A stretch of 64,000 nt of DNA, taken from contig CAWHDR010000005.1 in the NCBI GenBank assembly GCA_963828165.1, forward strand, positions 128,001 through 192,000, given 5' to 3'. The position numbers were made by a program, and so were the translations under genes. The notes beneath the pieces were generated by a model, which had not been told where the DNA came from, did no database searches, and saw only the letters and a program-made list of their open reading frames with translations. The stretch's first letter is position 1. Every line of letters begins with the position of its first letter. The DNA is from an uncultured Chloroflexia bacterium (GTDB taxonomy: Bacteria; Chloroflexota; Limnocylindria; Limnocylindrales; CSP1-4). This document shows, in pieces, positions 20,461 through 31,081 of this stretch.

Positions 20461-21360
20461 TCACTCGATGGCCCGCACGGTCTCGTCGCGGCTGCGAAGC
20501 CCGTCCCGCAACCGCGCGAGCGGGATCGTCGCGACCGCGATCCCGCCGATGACCAGCGCCACTCCGGCCAGCTGCGCCGCCGACGGACGCTCGTCGAGGA
20601 GCACGACGCTCAGCAGCACGGTAAGCGGGGGCTGCACGAGCAGGATGATCGACGTGACGACCGCCGGTAGGCGCGGCAGCGCCAGCGAGATGCACAGGTA
20701 GCCGATCGACTGCGACGTCACCCCGAGCAGCGCGAGCCAGGCGAGGCTGGGCAGACCCGGCGTCAGGTCGAGGTCACCGATGAACAGCCCCGCCGTGCCC
20801 GACACCAGCGCCGTGCCGATGGTGGCGATCGCGACCGGTCCGGCCGGCCGCCGTGGGTCCCGTCCGCCCATCCGGATCAACAGGAGGTACCCGGAGTAGC
20901 ACAGCGCGGTCGCGAGCCCGAGCACGACCCCGAGGGCCGGGTTCGCGCCGTACGCTCCCGCGCCGACGACGCCGGAGATCAGCACGACGCCGGCGAGCAC
21001 GACCGGGACGGCGATCAGCGTCGCCCGCGACGGCCGCTCCCCGAAGACGAGCCACGCGACGACGCCCACCACGAGGACCTGGAGATTGCCCAGCACCGTC
21101 GCCAGACCGGCCCCGACGTACTCGATGGCGTGATGCCAGAACATCAGGTCGCCGGCGAAGAAGATGCCGGCGATGACCGCGAAGCGACGCGCCCGACCCG
21201 GCAGCGGCCCGTAGCGCCGATGTTCTGCCCAGGCCACGACCAGGAGCAGCGGCAGACCGAAGACCGCCCGATAGAACGTCCCGGTCGAAGGCGACACGTC
21301 CGCGTAGCGGTAGAAGATCCCCGAGAACGAGATGCACAGCGCCCCGATCAGGGCCGCCAT
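20461..21360 (-). CDS. DMT/EamA family transporter (start uncertain)
   Basis: About 10 TM segments in two EamA repeats (GAGLATVL...FGERP; LLVQP...LDERP). Confidence 0.9.
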   Translation of the reverse strand: MAALIGALCISFSGIFYRYADVSPSTGTFYRAVFGLPLLLVVAWAEHRRYGPLPGRARRFAVIAGIFFAGDLMFWHHAIEYVGAGLATVLGNLQVLVVGVVAWLVFGERPSRATLIAVPVVLAGVVLISGVVGAGAYGANPALGVVLGLATALCYSGYLLLIRMGGRDPRRPAGPVAIATIGTALVSGTAGLFIGDLDLTPGLPSLAWLALLGVTSQSIGYLCISLALPRLPAVVTSIILLVQPPLTVLLSVVLLDERPSAAQLAGVALVIGGIAVATIPLARLRDGLRSRDETVRAIE

Positions 21361-21460
21361 GCGCGGCCGGCGCGCGATCGCGTCGAGCGCCGGGATCCCG
21401 AGGTCGGCGACGGAGCCCGCGGTCAGCCGTCGACCTCGCCCGAACCGTCGCGCCCCACGC

Positions 21461-23326
21461 TCAGCCTTCCGCGGCCGTCTTTGGCGGCAGGCCCACGAAG
21501 CGCAGGCCGAGCTCCTCGAGCTGCTCCGGCTCGGGTGCCGAGGGTGCCTCGAGCATCGGGTCGCTGCCGGATTGGGTCTTGGGAAACGCCATGACCTCGC
21601 GGATGTTCGTCTGACCCGACAGGAGGGCCGCCCAGCGATCGATCCCGAGGGCGATGCCACCGTGCGGCGGCGCGCCGAACTCGAACGCGTCCAGGACCGC
21701 ACCGAACTTGTCGCGCATCCCGTCGAGCGACTGGCCCTGCAGCAGGAAGCTGCGTTCCAGCAGGTCTCGCCGGTGGATCCGCACCGACCCGCCGCCGAGC
21801 TCCCAACCGTTCAGCACCAGGTCGTACTGCAGCGCCCGGGCCCGGCCGGCCGGATCCTCGGGTGATGGCCTCGCCGGGTCCCCGGACGCCGTCACGAGCA
21901 GCTCCTCGTCCTCGGGGACCACGCCGCTGAACGGGTTGTGGGTCGCGTCCCAGCGACCGAGCTCCTCGTCCCACTTGTACATCGGGAAGCGGTTGACCCA
22001 GGCGTAGGCAAGGACGTTCGGGTCTGCGAGCGCCAGGCGCTCGCCCAGCTCCATGCGGAGGCGACCCAGCACGTCGGCGGTGACGGCGGCGTCGTCGGCG
22101 ACGATCAGGATGAGGTCGCCCTCCCCCGCCCCGCTCAGCTCGATGATCGCGCGTTGGGCCTCGTCGGACAGGAACTTGGCGATCGGGCTCTTGATCTCGC
22201 CGCCGGGCTCCATCGCCAGGTACGCGAGGCCCTTGGCCCCGAACCGCCGGGCGCGCTCGGTCAGCTCGTCGATCTCGCGGCGGGTGATGCCGGCCATGCC
22301 CGGGGCGACGATCGCCTTGACGCGGCCGCCTGCCGCCAGCGCCTCATCGAACACGTTGAACCCGGAAGCTGGCGTCAACGCCGGCGCGAGATCCACGAGC
22401 TCCATCCCGAACCGCACGTCCGGCTTGTCACTGCCGAACCGTTCCATGACCTCGTCGAACGTGAAGCGCGGGAACGGGACCTGCTGGAGCGGGCGCTCGG
22501 GCGTGGTCGCGTTCGAGACCGTGATGGCCATCCCCTCGATGAAGACCATCACGGTCTCTTCGTCGACGAAGCTCATCTCCAGGTCGAGCTGGGTGAATTC
22601 CGGTTGCCGGTCGCCGCGCAGGTCCTCGTCGCGATAACAGCGGGCGATCTGGAAATAGCGGTCGATGCCGGCGACCATCAGCAGCTGCTTGAGCTGCTGG
22701 GGGCTCTGCGGGAGCGCATACACGCTGCCCGGCTGGAGCCGGCTCGGCACGATGAAGTCGCGCGCGCCTTCGGGCGTGCTCTTGATGAGGGTCGGCGTCT
22801 CGACCTCCACGAAGCCGTTGGCGTGGTGGACCTCGCGGATCGCCTGGACCATCCGGCTGCGCAGGAGCAGGCGATCGGCCATGGGCTGGCGGCGGATATC
22901 GAGGTAGCGGTACTTCAGCCGCAGGCCCTCGTCGACCGGGGCGTCGGGCTCGTTGATGTAGAACGGCGTGGTCTTCGCCTCGGACAGGATCTCGAACTCG
23001 GTCGTCTGGAGCTCGATCTCGCCCGTGGGCAGCCGTGGGTTCTCCGTGCCCGGCTGTCGCTTCGCGACGGCGCCGCGGACGGCGACGACGAACTCGCTCC
23101 GGACCCGGCTCGCCGTCGCATGGGCGTCGGGCGCGTCGGCCTTGTCGACGACGACCTGGGTGATCCCGTGGCGGTCGCGCAGGTCCAGGAAGATGAGCTG
23201 GCCATGGTCGCGGCGGCGATGGACCCAGCCCGCGAGGCGTGCCTCGGTCCCCGCGTCGGCGGCGCGCAGCTGACCGGCGGTATGGGTGCGGTAGGGCGTG
23301 GCGAGGCTCGGGTTCGGGTCAGTCAT
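21461..23326 (-). CDS. aspS: Aspartate--tRNA ligase (probably non-discriminating)
   Basis: GWVHRRRDHG, TPEGARDF, LPQSPQ, RDEDLRGDRQPEFTQLDLE and PPHGGIALGIDR motifs. Confidence 0.98.
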   Translation of the reverse strand: MTDPNPSLATPYRTHTAGQLRAADAGTEARLAGWVHRRRDHGQLIFLDLRDRHGITQVVVDKADAPDAHATASRVRSEFVVAVRGAVAKRQPGTENPRLPTGEIELQTTEFEILSEAKTTPFYINEPDAPVDEGLRLKYRYLDIRRQPMADRLLLRSRMVQAIREVHHANGFVEVETPTLIKSTPEGARDFIVPSRLQPGSVYALPQSPQQLKQLLMVAGIDRYFQIARCYRDEDLRGDRQPEFTQLDLEMSFVDEETVMVFIEGMAITVSNATTPERPLQQVPFPRFTFDEVMERFGSDKPDVRFGMELVDLAPALTPASGFNVFDEALAAGGRVKAIVAPGMAGITRREIDELTERARRFGAKGLAYLAMEPGGEIKSPIAKFLSDEAQRAIIELSGAGEGDLILIVADDAAVTADVLGRLRMELGERLALADPNVLAYAWVNRFPMYKWDEELGRWDATHNPFSGVVPEDEELLVTASGDPARPSPEDPAGRARALQYDLVLNGWELGGGSVRIHRRDLLERSFLLQGQSLDGMRDKFGAVLDAFEFGAPPHGGIALGIDRWAALLSGQTNIREVMAFPKTQSGSDPMLEAPSAPEPEQLEELGLRFVGLPPKTAAEG

Positions 23327-23468
23327 GGCCGCGCCATCGTAGCGGCTGGGCCGCCACGGGACCGTGACCTTGCAAGGCGGCCGTCACCCGGCGACGTCGG
23401 GCGCGAGCGCCTTGCATCGCCCGTGCCGCCACCATCGGCGGAACGCCACACCTGAATGGAGGTCCTTC

Positions 23469-23552
23469 GTGGGCAAGTTCCTGCTCGGCTTCGTCGTCGC
23501 GATCATCGTCGTGCTGTTCATCGTCGCTAGGTGCGTCGGCGCGATCGTCTAG
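23469..23552 (+). CDS. 27-aa single-TM small protein
   Basis: GGAGGT SD 5 nt before GTG; MGKFLLGFVVAIIVVLFIVARCVGAIV*. Confidence 0.65.
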   Translation: MGKFLLGFVVAIIVVLFIVARCVGAIV

Positions 23553-23569
23553 CGCGCGGTGCGTCGCCG

Positions 23570-24865
23570 TCAGCGCTCGCTGCCGTGGCGATGCGCGTCG
23601 TGCGCCCGGGCGATCTCCCGCCCGACGTCGACGACGCGGATCGCCTTCTGGGTGCCGGCCGGCAGGTCCCGCAACTGGACGTCCCCGTGAGCCAGCTCGT
23701 CGCCGACGATCACCGCGAAGTGGGCGTGCTCCTTGGCCGCCGACTCCAGCTGCTTGCCGAGCTTGCGACGCCCGAGTTCCGCGCGGGCGGTCACCCCAGC
23801 CGCGCGCAGGTCCGTTGCGATGCGCAGCCGCGTGACGGTGTCGTCCGGATCGGCACCCACCACGACCACGGTGGGCGCCGCGTCCGCCGCGATGTCCGCG
23901 GCCTGTTCCGCGAGCGCCAGGAGCAGACGGTCCAGCCCGATCCCGAAGCCGATCCCAGGCGTCGGGCGCCCGCCGAGCAGTTCCACCAAGCCATCGTACC
24001 GGCCGCCACCACCGAGGGCCTGTTGCTGTCCTTCACGGCCTGAGACGTAGAACTCGAACGCGGTCCGCGTGTAGTAGTCCAGGCCGCGGACCAGGCCCGG
24101 CTCCACCCGATACGGCACGCCAAGGGCGTCCAGATGAGCCCGGACGCTCGCGAAATGGTCGGCACATGCGTCGCACAGGCGGTCCGTGATCTTGGGCGCG
24201 CCGGAGTTGAGGGCCGCCATGGCCGGGTCTTTCGAGTCGAGCAGGCGCAGGACGTTGCGCTCCAGCCGGTCGCGCTCGATCGGTGGCAGCTCCGCGGCGT
24301 GCGCCCGGTAGTAGTCGGTCAACGCGGTCACATAGGCCGGGCGGCAGGACGCGTCGCCGATCGAGTTGACGAGGACCTCGACGCCGGTCACACCGGCGTC
24401 GGCGTAGAACCTCGTCCCCAGCTCGATGACCTCGGCGTCGACCGCCGGTCCAGGATCGCCGATCGCTTCGACGTCGAACTGCCAGAACTGCCGATAGCGG
24501 CCGGCCTGCGGACGGTCGTAGCGGAACATCGGGCCGATCTCGTACAGCTTCACGGGCTGCGGCCACGTCTGGAGCCCGTGCTGGACGTAGGCGCGCACGA
24601 TCCCGGCCGTCGGCTCGGGGCGGAGCGACCATGATTCGGCCTCGTCGGAACGGGGCGCGATCCGGAACAGCTCCTTTTCGACGATGTCCGTGACTTCGCC
24701 GACGCCTCGCTCGAAGACCGCCGCCTGCTCGAACATCGGCGTCTCGATGCGGCCGTAGCCGTAGCGGGCCGCCAGGTCTGCGGCGAGCCGCTCCAGGCGG
24801 GTCCAGGCCGCGGTCTCGGGTGGCAGGAGGTCGCGCGTGCCCCGTGGGGCCTTGAACGTCTGCAT
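23570..24865 (-). CDS. hisS: Histidine--tRNA ligase
   Basis: PRGTRD, LRPEPTA, FRYDRPQAGRYRQF, LVRGLDYYT and GGGRYDGL motifs. Confidence 0.98.
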   Translation of the reverse strand: MQTFKAPRGTRDLLPPETAAWTRLERLAADLAARYGYGRIETPMFEQAAVFERGVGEVTDIVEKELFRIAPRSDEAESWSLRPEPTAGIVRAYVQHGLQTWPQPVKLYEIGPMFRYDRPQAGRYRQFWQFDVEAIGDPGPAVDAEVIELGTRFYADAGVTGVEVLVNSIGDASCRPAYVTALTDYYRAHAAELPPIERDRLERNVLRLLDSKDPAMAALNSGAPKITDRLCDACADHFASVRAHLDALGVPYRVEPGLVRGLDYYTRTAFEFYVSGREGQQQALGGGGRYDGLVELLGGRPTPGIGFGIGLDRLLLALAEQAADIAADAAPTVVVVGADPDDTVTRLRIATDLRAAGVTARAELGRRKLGKQLESAAKEHAHFAVIVGDELAHGDVQLRDLPAGTQKAIRVVDVGREIARAHDAHRHGSER

Positions 24866-24907
24866 CGATGCGGAGTCTAGGCCGTCAGGCCCGTGACGAC
24901 GGGGACG

Positions 24908-27251
24908 TCAACCCAGGTCGCGCTGGACGTTGATGACGTCCTTGAGGTTCTCGATGCGGCCCATGACCCGGGCCAGCTGCGACACCGAGTGGACCTGGAG
25001 CGTGGCCGTCACCACGGCCGTGTGATCCGGCGTCACCCCCACGGACGCGGCCACGATGTTGACCTTGTTCTCCGCCACGACCTGGGTGATGTCGCTGAGC
25101 AGTCCGGTCCGGTCGTAGGCCTCCACCCGGATCGCGATCGGGTAGGTCTGCGTGGCCTCGGCCTCCCACTCGACGTCGATCAGCCGGCTGACCTCTCGTT
25201 CGTTCACGACCGTCGGACAGGACTGGAGGTGGACCGTCACGCCCTTGCCCCGGGTGATGAAGCCCACGATCGGGTCCCCGGGAATCGGCGAACAACACTT
25301 GGCGAACCGGACGAGCAGGTCGCCGACGCCCTTGACCCGCACGCCGCCGGTGCCGGGTCTGCTGGGGCGGTGCGACGGTCGGGAGCTGGCTCTGGCCATC
25401 GTCGACCACGCCGAGGCGCATGACCACCGTCTGCGGCCCCACCGCGCCGTACCCGATCGCCGCGTAGAAATCGTCCGCCGTCTCGTAGTTGAACTGCCGA
25501 CCGACCTCGGCGATCTTGTCCTGTCCGACGGCCCCGACCGATGTCCTGGCGAGGCGCCGGAGCTCGCGCTCGAGCGACTCCTTGCCGTGGCTGATGTTCT
25601 CGTCGCGGTCCTTGCGCTTGAACCACTGCCGGATCTTTTCGCGGGCGTGACTCGTGCGCACCACGTTCAGCCAGTCGCGCGACGGACCGTGCTCGCCCTT
25701 CGTGGTGACGATCTCGACGATGTCGCCGTTCTTGAGTCGGTAGTCGAGCGGAACGAGCCGGTTGTTCACCTTCGCGCCGATCGTGCGGTGACCGACGTCG
25801 GTGTGGATGCGGTAGGCGAAGTCGAGCGGGGTCGCGCCGGCCGGCAGGTCCTTGATGTCGCCCTTGGGCGTGAACACGAAGACCTGGTCCTGGAAGATAT
25901 CGAGCTTGATGCCCTCGACGAACTCGGTCGCGTCCGACTCCGAGACATCGCGCTGCCAGTCCATGAGCTGGCGAAGCCAGGCGAGCTTGGCGTCGTACTC
26001 GCGGTCGGACTTGGTGCCTTCCTTGTAGCGCCAGTGGGCCGCGATCCCGACCTCGGACACCTGGTGCATCTGGTGGGTCCGGATCTGGATCTCGAGCGGC
26101 TTGCCGTCGATGGCGATGACCGCGGTGTGGAGCGACTGGTAGAGATTGTTCTTGGGGACGGCGATGTAGTCGTCGAACTGGCCCGGGATCGGTCGCCAGA
26201 TGCTGTGGACGATGCCGAGCGCCGCATAACACTCGCGCACGTCCTCGACGAGCAGGCGGATGGCGTAGACGTCGTAGATCTCGCCGAACTCCGCGCTCTT
26301 GCGCTGCATCTTCTTCCAGATGCTGTAGATGTGCTTGGGTCGCCCTTCGACGTCGGCTTCGATGCCGGCGGCCTCGAGCTGCGGCTTGAGCTCGGCGATC
26401 GCCCGGTCGATGTACGTCTCGCGACCCTTGCGCCGCGTGTCGAGGAGCTTGGCCAGCTCCCGGAACCGCTCCGGCTCGAGTGCCTTGAACGCGAGGTCCT
26501 CGAGCTCCCACTTGATCTGCCAGATGCCGAGGCGCTCCGCGAGCGGCGCGTAGATCTCCATGGTCTGGCGCGCGATGCGCTGCTGCTTGTCCGACGGCAG
26601 GCCGTACAGCGTGCGCATGTTGTGGAGGCGGTCGGCGAGCTTGATCAGGACGACCCGGATGTCCTGGGCCATGGCCAGGAGCATCTTTCGGATGTTCTCG
26701 GCCTGCTGCTGCTCGTGGCTGTGGGTGCTGAACCGGGACAGCTTGGTGACGCCGTCGACGAGCTGGGCGACCTCGCCGCCGAAGCGTTCCTCGATGTCGG
26801 TCAGGCTGTACTCGGTGTCCTCGGGGACGTCGTGCAGGAGCGCGGCCTGGACCGCGATCGGGTCGATGCCGAGCTCCGCCACGATCTGGGCCGAGGCGAT
26901 CGGGTGCGTGACATAGGTCTCGCCGGTCGCACGATGCTGGCTGACGTGGGCCTCGACGGCCAGGTCGAAGGCGGCATCGACAGCCGCGAGGTCCGCGGTC
27001 GGGTGGTGTGCGGCGATCGACGCCTTGAGCGCGGTGCGCAGGGCTTCGAGGTCGACTTCGCCGCCGGCAGTCGCGCGCGACAGGACCTGTGCCCGCCGCG
27101 GCCCGCGACGCTTCGCCGACTTCGCCCGAGCCGGCTTCTCGACGACCGCGGCGGCGGGCTTGTCCACGACCACCGGGGCAGGCTTCACCGGCACCTTCTC
27201 GGCGGCGGTCGGTTTCCGGGTGGTCTTGGAGCGGGGTGAGGTGGCGGCCAT
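24908..27251 (-). CDS. rel: Long RSH (p)ppGpp synthetase/hydrolase, with a +1 frameshift near 25365 (likely error)
   Basis: HD domain (LLHDVPEDT), synthetase (YQSLHT, EIQIRT) and TGS; ZFD (AKCCSPIPGD) and ACT (DRTGLLSDI) are in the 24908-25399 frame. The shift lies in a G4 run. Confidence 0.95.
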
Positions 27252-27307
27252 GGCCCGAAAAGGATAGCAGCGGACCCTTCGTGCTCAGGGTCGCCGGTCG
27301 TCCCGGG

Positions 27308-28915
27308 TCAGCCCCGGTACCCGAGGTCCGCCAGCAGTTCGAGCGCGATGGCGCGTTCATCCCACGGCTGTTCGCCGTCCGGGCCGATGATCGAGCGCTC
27401 GTGGCCCTTGCCCGCCAGCAGCACGATGTCCCCGGGCCGAGCGGCCTCGAATGCGCTCGCGATGGCCGCACGACGGTCGGCGATGACCTGCAGGTCCTGA
27501 CCGCGTCGTCGTCCGGCCGTCTCCGCGCCCCGGGCGATCTCGTCGAGGATGGCCTCGCGTTCCTCGCCGCGTGGATCCTCGTCGGTCACGACCACGAGCC
27601 GCGACCGTTCGCCCGCGATCCGGCCCATCTGCGGCCGTTTCGCGGTGTCCCGTTCGCCCGCCGAGCCGAAGACCGCGATCAGGCCCCCGCCGCGGGCCGC
27701 TGCGGCCGGCGCCAGCAGGTCCAGCACGGTCTGGAGCGACGCCGGGCTGTGGGCGAAGTCGACCACGACACCGAACGGCTGGCCGGCCTCGATCCGCTCC
27801 ATCCGGCCTGGCACTCCCTCGAGCGAGGCCAGGCCGGCGAGGACGGCCGCCTCCTCCAGGCCAAGGACCTCGCCGAGGGCGACGACCGCGAGCGCGTTGT
27901 GGACATTGAAGCGGCCGGCCAGCAGCAGCTCGAGGGTCGCAGTGCCGCGGGGTCCCTCGACGTCGGCGCGCAGACGGTCGGCGTCCTCGGTGATGCGGAT
28001 GGCGCGGACGTCCGCCGCGGGTTCCGTGCCGTACGTCACGACATGCGCACCGGCGTCGCGAGCCGTCCCGATGAACGCACCCGCGGACGGGTCGTCGATG
28101 TTGACGATGGCCGCCGGAGCCACCGGCCGCGGCTTGCGCACGAGCCGCGCGTCGCGCAGGCGATCGAACAGCGACAGCTTCGCGTCGCGGTACGCCTCCC
28201 ACGTGCCGTGCAGCTCGAGATGCTCGTGGGTGAGGTTCGTGAGGATCGCGATGTCGTAGGCGACGCTGGCGACGCGATCGAGGGCCAGCCCGTGCGAGGT
28301 CGTCTCGATGACGGCCAGGTCGTCACCGGCGTCGACCATGGCCCGGAGCGTCGCCTGGAGCTCGGTCGCCTCGGGGGTCGTGGCGTGTGCCTCGTGGGCG
28401 TCCGTCCGGCCACCGATCCGCGTCGCGATGGTGCCGATCATCCCGACCCGCCGCCCCGCCGCCTCGAGGGCTGCGACCGCCAGGTAGGCCGTCGTGGTCT
28501 TGCCGTCCGTGCCGGTGATGCCGACCACCGTGAGCTCGTGCGACGGATCGCCGTACCACCACGCTGCCGCACTCGCGAGGGCGGGCCGCGACGCGTCCAC
28601 GACAAGCTGCGCGGCGGCCACGTCGGGGAGTGGTCGCTCCACGATCAGGGCGGTCGCACCACGATCGGCGGCGGCGGCCGCGAAATCGTGGCCGTCGACG
28701 TGCTCGCCGGGCACGGCCACGAACAGCGCGCCGTCGCCCACGGTGCGCGAATCATGGGTCACCGATGTGACGGCGATGTCGGCGAGCGCGGCGCCGCCGG
28801 CGGCACGTCCGTCGAGGCGCGTGCCGCGGAGGCGGTTCGCCGCGGTGAAGCGCGCGATGAGCTCGCTGAGCGGGCGGCTCGCTGGCAAGTCGCTGCGGTG
28901 CGAGGGATCGCTCAC
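27308..28915 (-). CDS. murE: UDP-MurNAc-tripeptide synthetase
   Basis: GITGTDGKTT, TTPE, ETTSH, TNLTHEHL, VPGRME, VDFAHSP, EDPR and LAGKGHE motifs. Confidence 0.95.
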   Translation of the reverse strand: MSDPSHRSDLPASRPLSELIARFTAANRLRGTRLDGRAAGGAALADIAVTSVTHDSRTVGDGALFVAVPGEHVDGHDFAAAAADRGATALIVERPLPDVAAAQLVVDASRPALASAAAWWYGDPSHELTVVGITGTDGKTTTAYLAVAALEAAGRRVGMIGTIATRIGGRTDAHEAHATTPEATELQATLRAMVDAGDDLAVIETTSHGLALDRVASVAYDIAILTNLTHEHLELHGTWEAYRDAKLSLFDRLRDARLVRKPRPVAPAAIVNIDDPSAGAFIGTARDAGAHVVTYGTEPAADVRAIRITEDADRLRADVEGPRGTATLELLLAGRFNVHNALAVVALGEVLGLEEAAVLAGLASLEGVPGRMERIEAGQPFGVVVDFAHSPASLQTVLDLLAPAAAARGGGLIAVFGSAGERDTAKRPQMGRIAGERSRLVVVTDEDPRGEEREAILDEIARGAETAGRRRGQDLQVIADRRAAIASAFEAARPGDIVLLAGKGHERSIIGPDGEQPWDERAIALELLADLGYRG

Positions 28916-28928
28916 GTCGGGCGTGCCG

Positions 28929-30032
28929 TCATCGACGCACGAGCCTGGCGGCACGCGCCGCGGCCCGTCCCGCGAGATAGCGCCACGGTCGGATCACGCG
29001 CTCATGGGCCCCGGTCATCTCGACCCACTGGGCCCCGAACGAGCGCTTGTGCTCGTACAGGCCGAACATCGGCTCGCCGTCCACCGGTTCGCGGTGGTAC
29101 GGCCCGATGTCGACCCCGCCCAGGTCCATCTCCGTGCAGCGTTCCCGGATGGCCAGCTGGATCGCGCGCCAGCGCAGCAGGTGCATCAGGCCCGGATGGT
29201 CCGTACGCGCCCCCGTCCGATCCGCCGAGTGGACCGTGGTCAGGCGCCCCCCATGGCGGTACAGGACCAGTCCGCCGATCGACGTCCCGGCGTCGTCGTT
29301 CACCTCGAGGTAGACGAGCAGCCCCTGGTCATGGGCGAGCTGCCACCACGGGACGAAGGCCGTGCGCGGGCCGAACTGGAAGCCGCGCCGGCCACCCGTC
29401 GATTCGAGCAGCGAATAGAAGCCGTGCAGGGCCTCGCCGAGCGGGCGAGCGGGTGGGTCGAACTGCCCCTCATCGTCCGTCCAGCCGGCGGTGTCGTAGC
29501 GCGCCACCCGCAGGCCGGCCCGTTCGGCGCCGTTGACGCGCTGGCGAGTCGATTTCCCGAAGCCGGCGCGGATGTCGTCGTCAGTCGCATCCGGGGCCAG
29601 CGGCAGTGAGATCCGATGGCGCGACGGCTGGATCTCGGGGATCGGCCGGAAGCCCGACCGGCGGATGCGGTCCCCGTAGCCGGTGTCGGCCGGGAGCTCG
29701 GTATCGCTGGCCAGGACGTCCACGCCCCGACCGGCCAGATAGTCGGTGACGGCCGCGAGCCGGTCCGCGGTCGTCTCGGCGGTCTCGCCGGCGGCGATGG
29801 GTCCGCGGGGCAGGTACGCGCTGGAACCGCCGATGAACGGCCACGACCGTTCGAGCGCGAGCACCGCGAACCCGTCGTCGAAGCGCAGGAAGCGTGGCCG
29901 CCACCCGGAAGCCTCGCGATGCTCCGCCCAGGCCAGCGACTGGTAGACATGGCCGCCGGGCGCCCCCACGGCACGCCTGGCCCAGTCAGCCTGCTCCTCC
30001 GGGGTGGCTGGGGCGGACTCCGCGACGTTCAC
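28929..30032 (-). CDS. FemABX-family lipid II aminoacyltransferase (copy 2)
   Basis: YQSLAWA, AYLPRGP, IQP, K.TR..V..A...G, HLLRWRAI, DLGG and GLYEHKRSFG motifs; GTGA overlap. Confidence 0.88.
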   Translation of the reverse strand: MNVAESAPATPEEQADWARRAVGAPGGHVYQSLAWAEHREASGWRPRFLRFDDGFAVLALERSWPFIGGSSAYLPRGPIAAGETAETTADRLAAVTDYLAGRGVDVLASDTELPADTGYGDRIRRSGFRPIPEIQPSRHRISLPLAPDATDDDIRAGFGKSTRQRVNGAERAGLRVARYDTAGWTDDEGQFDPPARPLGEALHGFYSLLESTGGRRGFQFGPRTAFVPWWQLAHDQGLLVYLEVNDDAGTSIGGLVLYRHGGRLTTVHSADRTGARTDHPGLMHLLRWRAIQLAIRERCTEMDLGGVDIGPYHREPVDGEPMFGLYEHKRSFGAQWVEMTGAHERVIRPWRYLAGRAAARAARLVRR

Positions 30033-31081
30033 TCCGCGCCGCCGAATGCGGAGGCACTCCCGCCGCCGCCCAGGCCGTGACGCCGGCGCGACCACCAGAC
30101 GCGGGCACGACCAGCCGCCTCGTACACCGCACGCCCGAACGGGTCGAGCACGAGGTCCCACGCCCCGATGTAGCGGACCTCCCGACCTCCGAAGCCGGTC
30201 TTGAAATGCGCGATGCCCCCGGTCGCGAGGCCCCACAGGTCGTAGCTCGTGGCGCCTTGCTCGCGGGAGGTCCGGATCGCCTCCCACTTGAGCAGGTAGT
30301 TGGCCCGGCTCTCGGCACCGGCCTGGGTCATGCCGCCGTACGGCTCCACGACCCGCGGTCCGCAGCGGACGAGGAAGAGGGTCGCGAGCGGTTCGCCGTC
30401 GGCGGCTTGCGCGAACAGCAGCCGGGCACGGCCCGCCGGTCGATAGGCCTCCCAGACATCGCGGTAGGCCCGCTCGGTCCGGATCAGGAACCCGGCACGG
30501 TCCGCGGTGTCGCGGTAGATCCGGTAGAACTCGCCGAGCCGGTCGCCCTCGGCGTCCACCACGACCACACCGCCGCTCTTCGCCTTGTTGACGTACTGGC
30601 GCCATTTCTTGCGGAGGTCGCCCCACAACGCCTCCTCGTCCGCCCGCAGGTCGATCATCCGGGTCGACGACGGCTGGATGGGCGCGGCCGGTCGCCAGCC
30701 TGCCTCGCGCAGCGCCGATCGCAGCGATCCGTCGGCGTCGAGATGGGCGTCGAGTTCGATCTCCGGGTCGATGCGCAGGTGCGACACCCGCCCGGCGGCC
30801 GCCGGCAAGTCCGTGCGGATCGCTTCCGTGAACGCGCCGATCTCGTCCGCCGACCACGTCTGCGCCACGGGACCGCGCGGTGCGTAGGCGAACGCCCACG
30901 GCAACGGGCGTGGACGCCGGACGAGGACCTGTGCCCCGATCGCATCTCCGGCTTCCACCCGGTGCGCTGACCAGCCATTGACGGCCTTGACCTGCGCCCA
31001 TGCCTTGAGCTGCAGATAGGATCCGGGGTCGCTCGACTCGACGAATGCGTCCCAGTCGCTCGGGTCGGCGGAGGCCGTCAC
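30029..31081 (-). CDS. FemABX-family lipid II aminoacyltransferase (copy 1)
   Basis: YLQ..AWAQVK..NGW, AYAPRGP, IQP..T..IDL, KKWRQYV, NYLLKWEAI, YDLWG and FKTGFGG motifs; GTGA overlap. Confidence 0.92.
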   Translation of the reverse strand: MTASADPSDWDAFVESSDPGSYLQLKAWAQVKAVNGWSAHRVEAGDAIGAQVLVRRPRPLPWAFAYAPRGPVAQTWSADEIGAFTEAIRTDLPAAAGRVSHLRIDPEIELDAHLDADGSLRSALREAGWRPAAPIQPSSTRMIDLRADEEALWGDLRKKWRQYVNKAKSGGVVVVDAEGDRLGEFYRIYRDTADRAGFLIRTERAYRDVWEAYRPAGRARLLFAQAADGEPLATLFLVRCGPRVVEPYGGMTQAGAESRANYLLKWEAIRTSREQGATSYDLWGLATGGIAHFKTGFGGREVRYIGAWDLVLDPFGRAVYEAAGRARVWWSRRRHGLGGGGSASAFGGAE

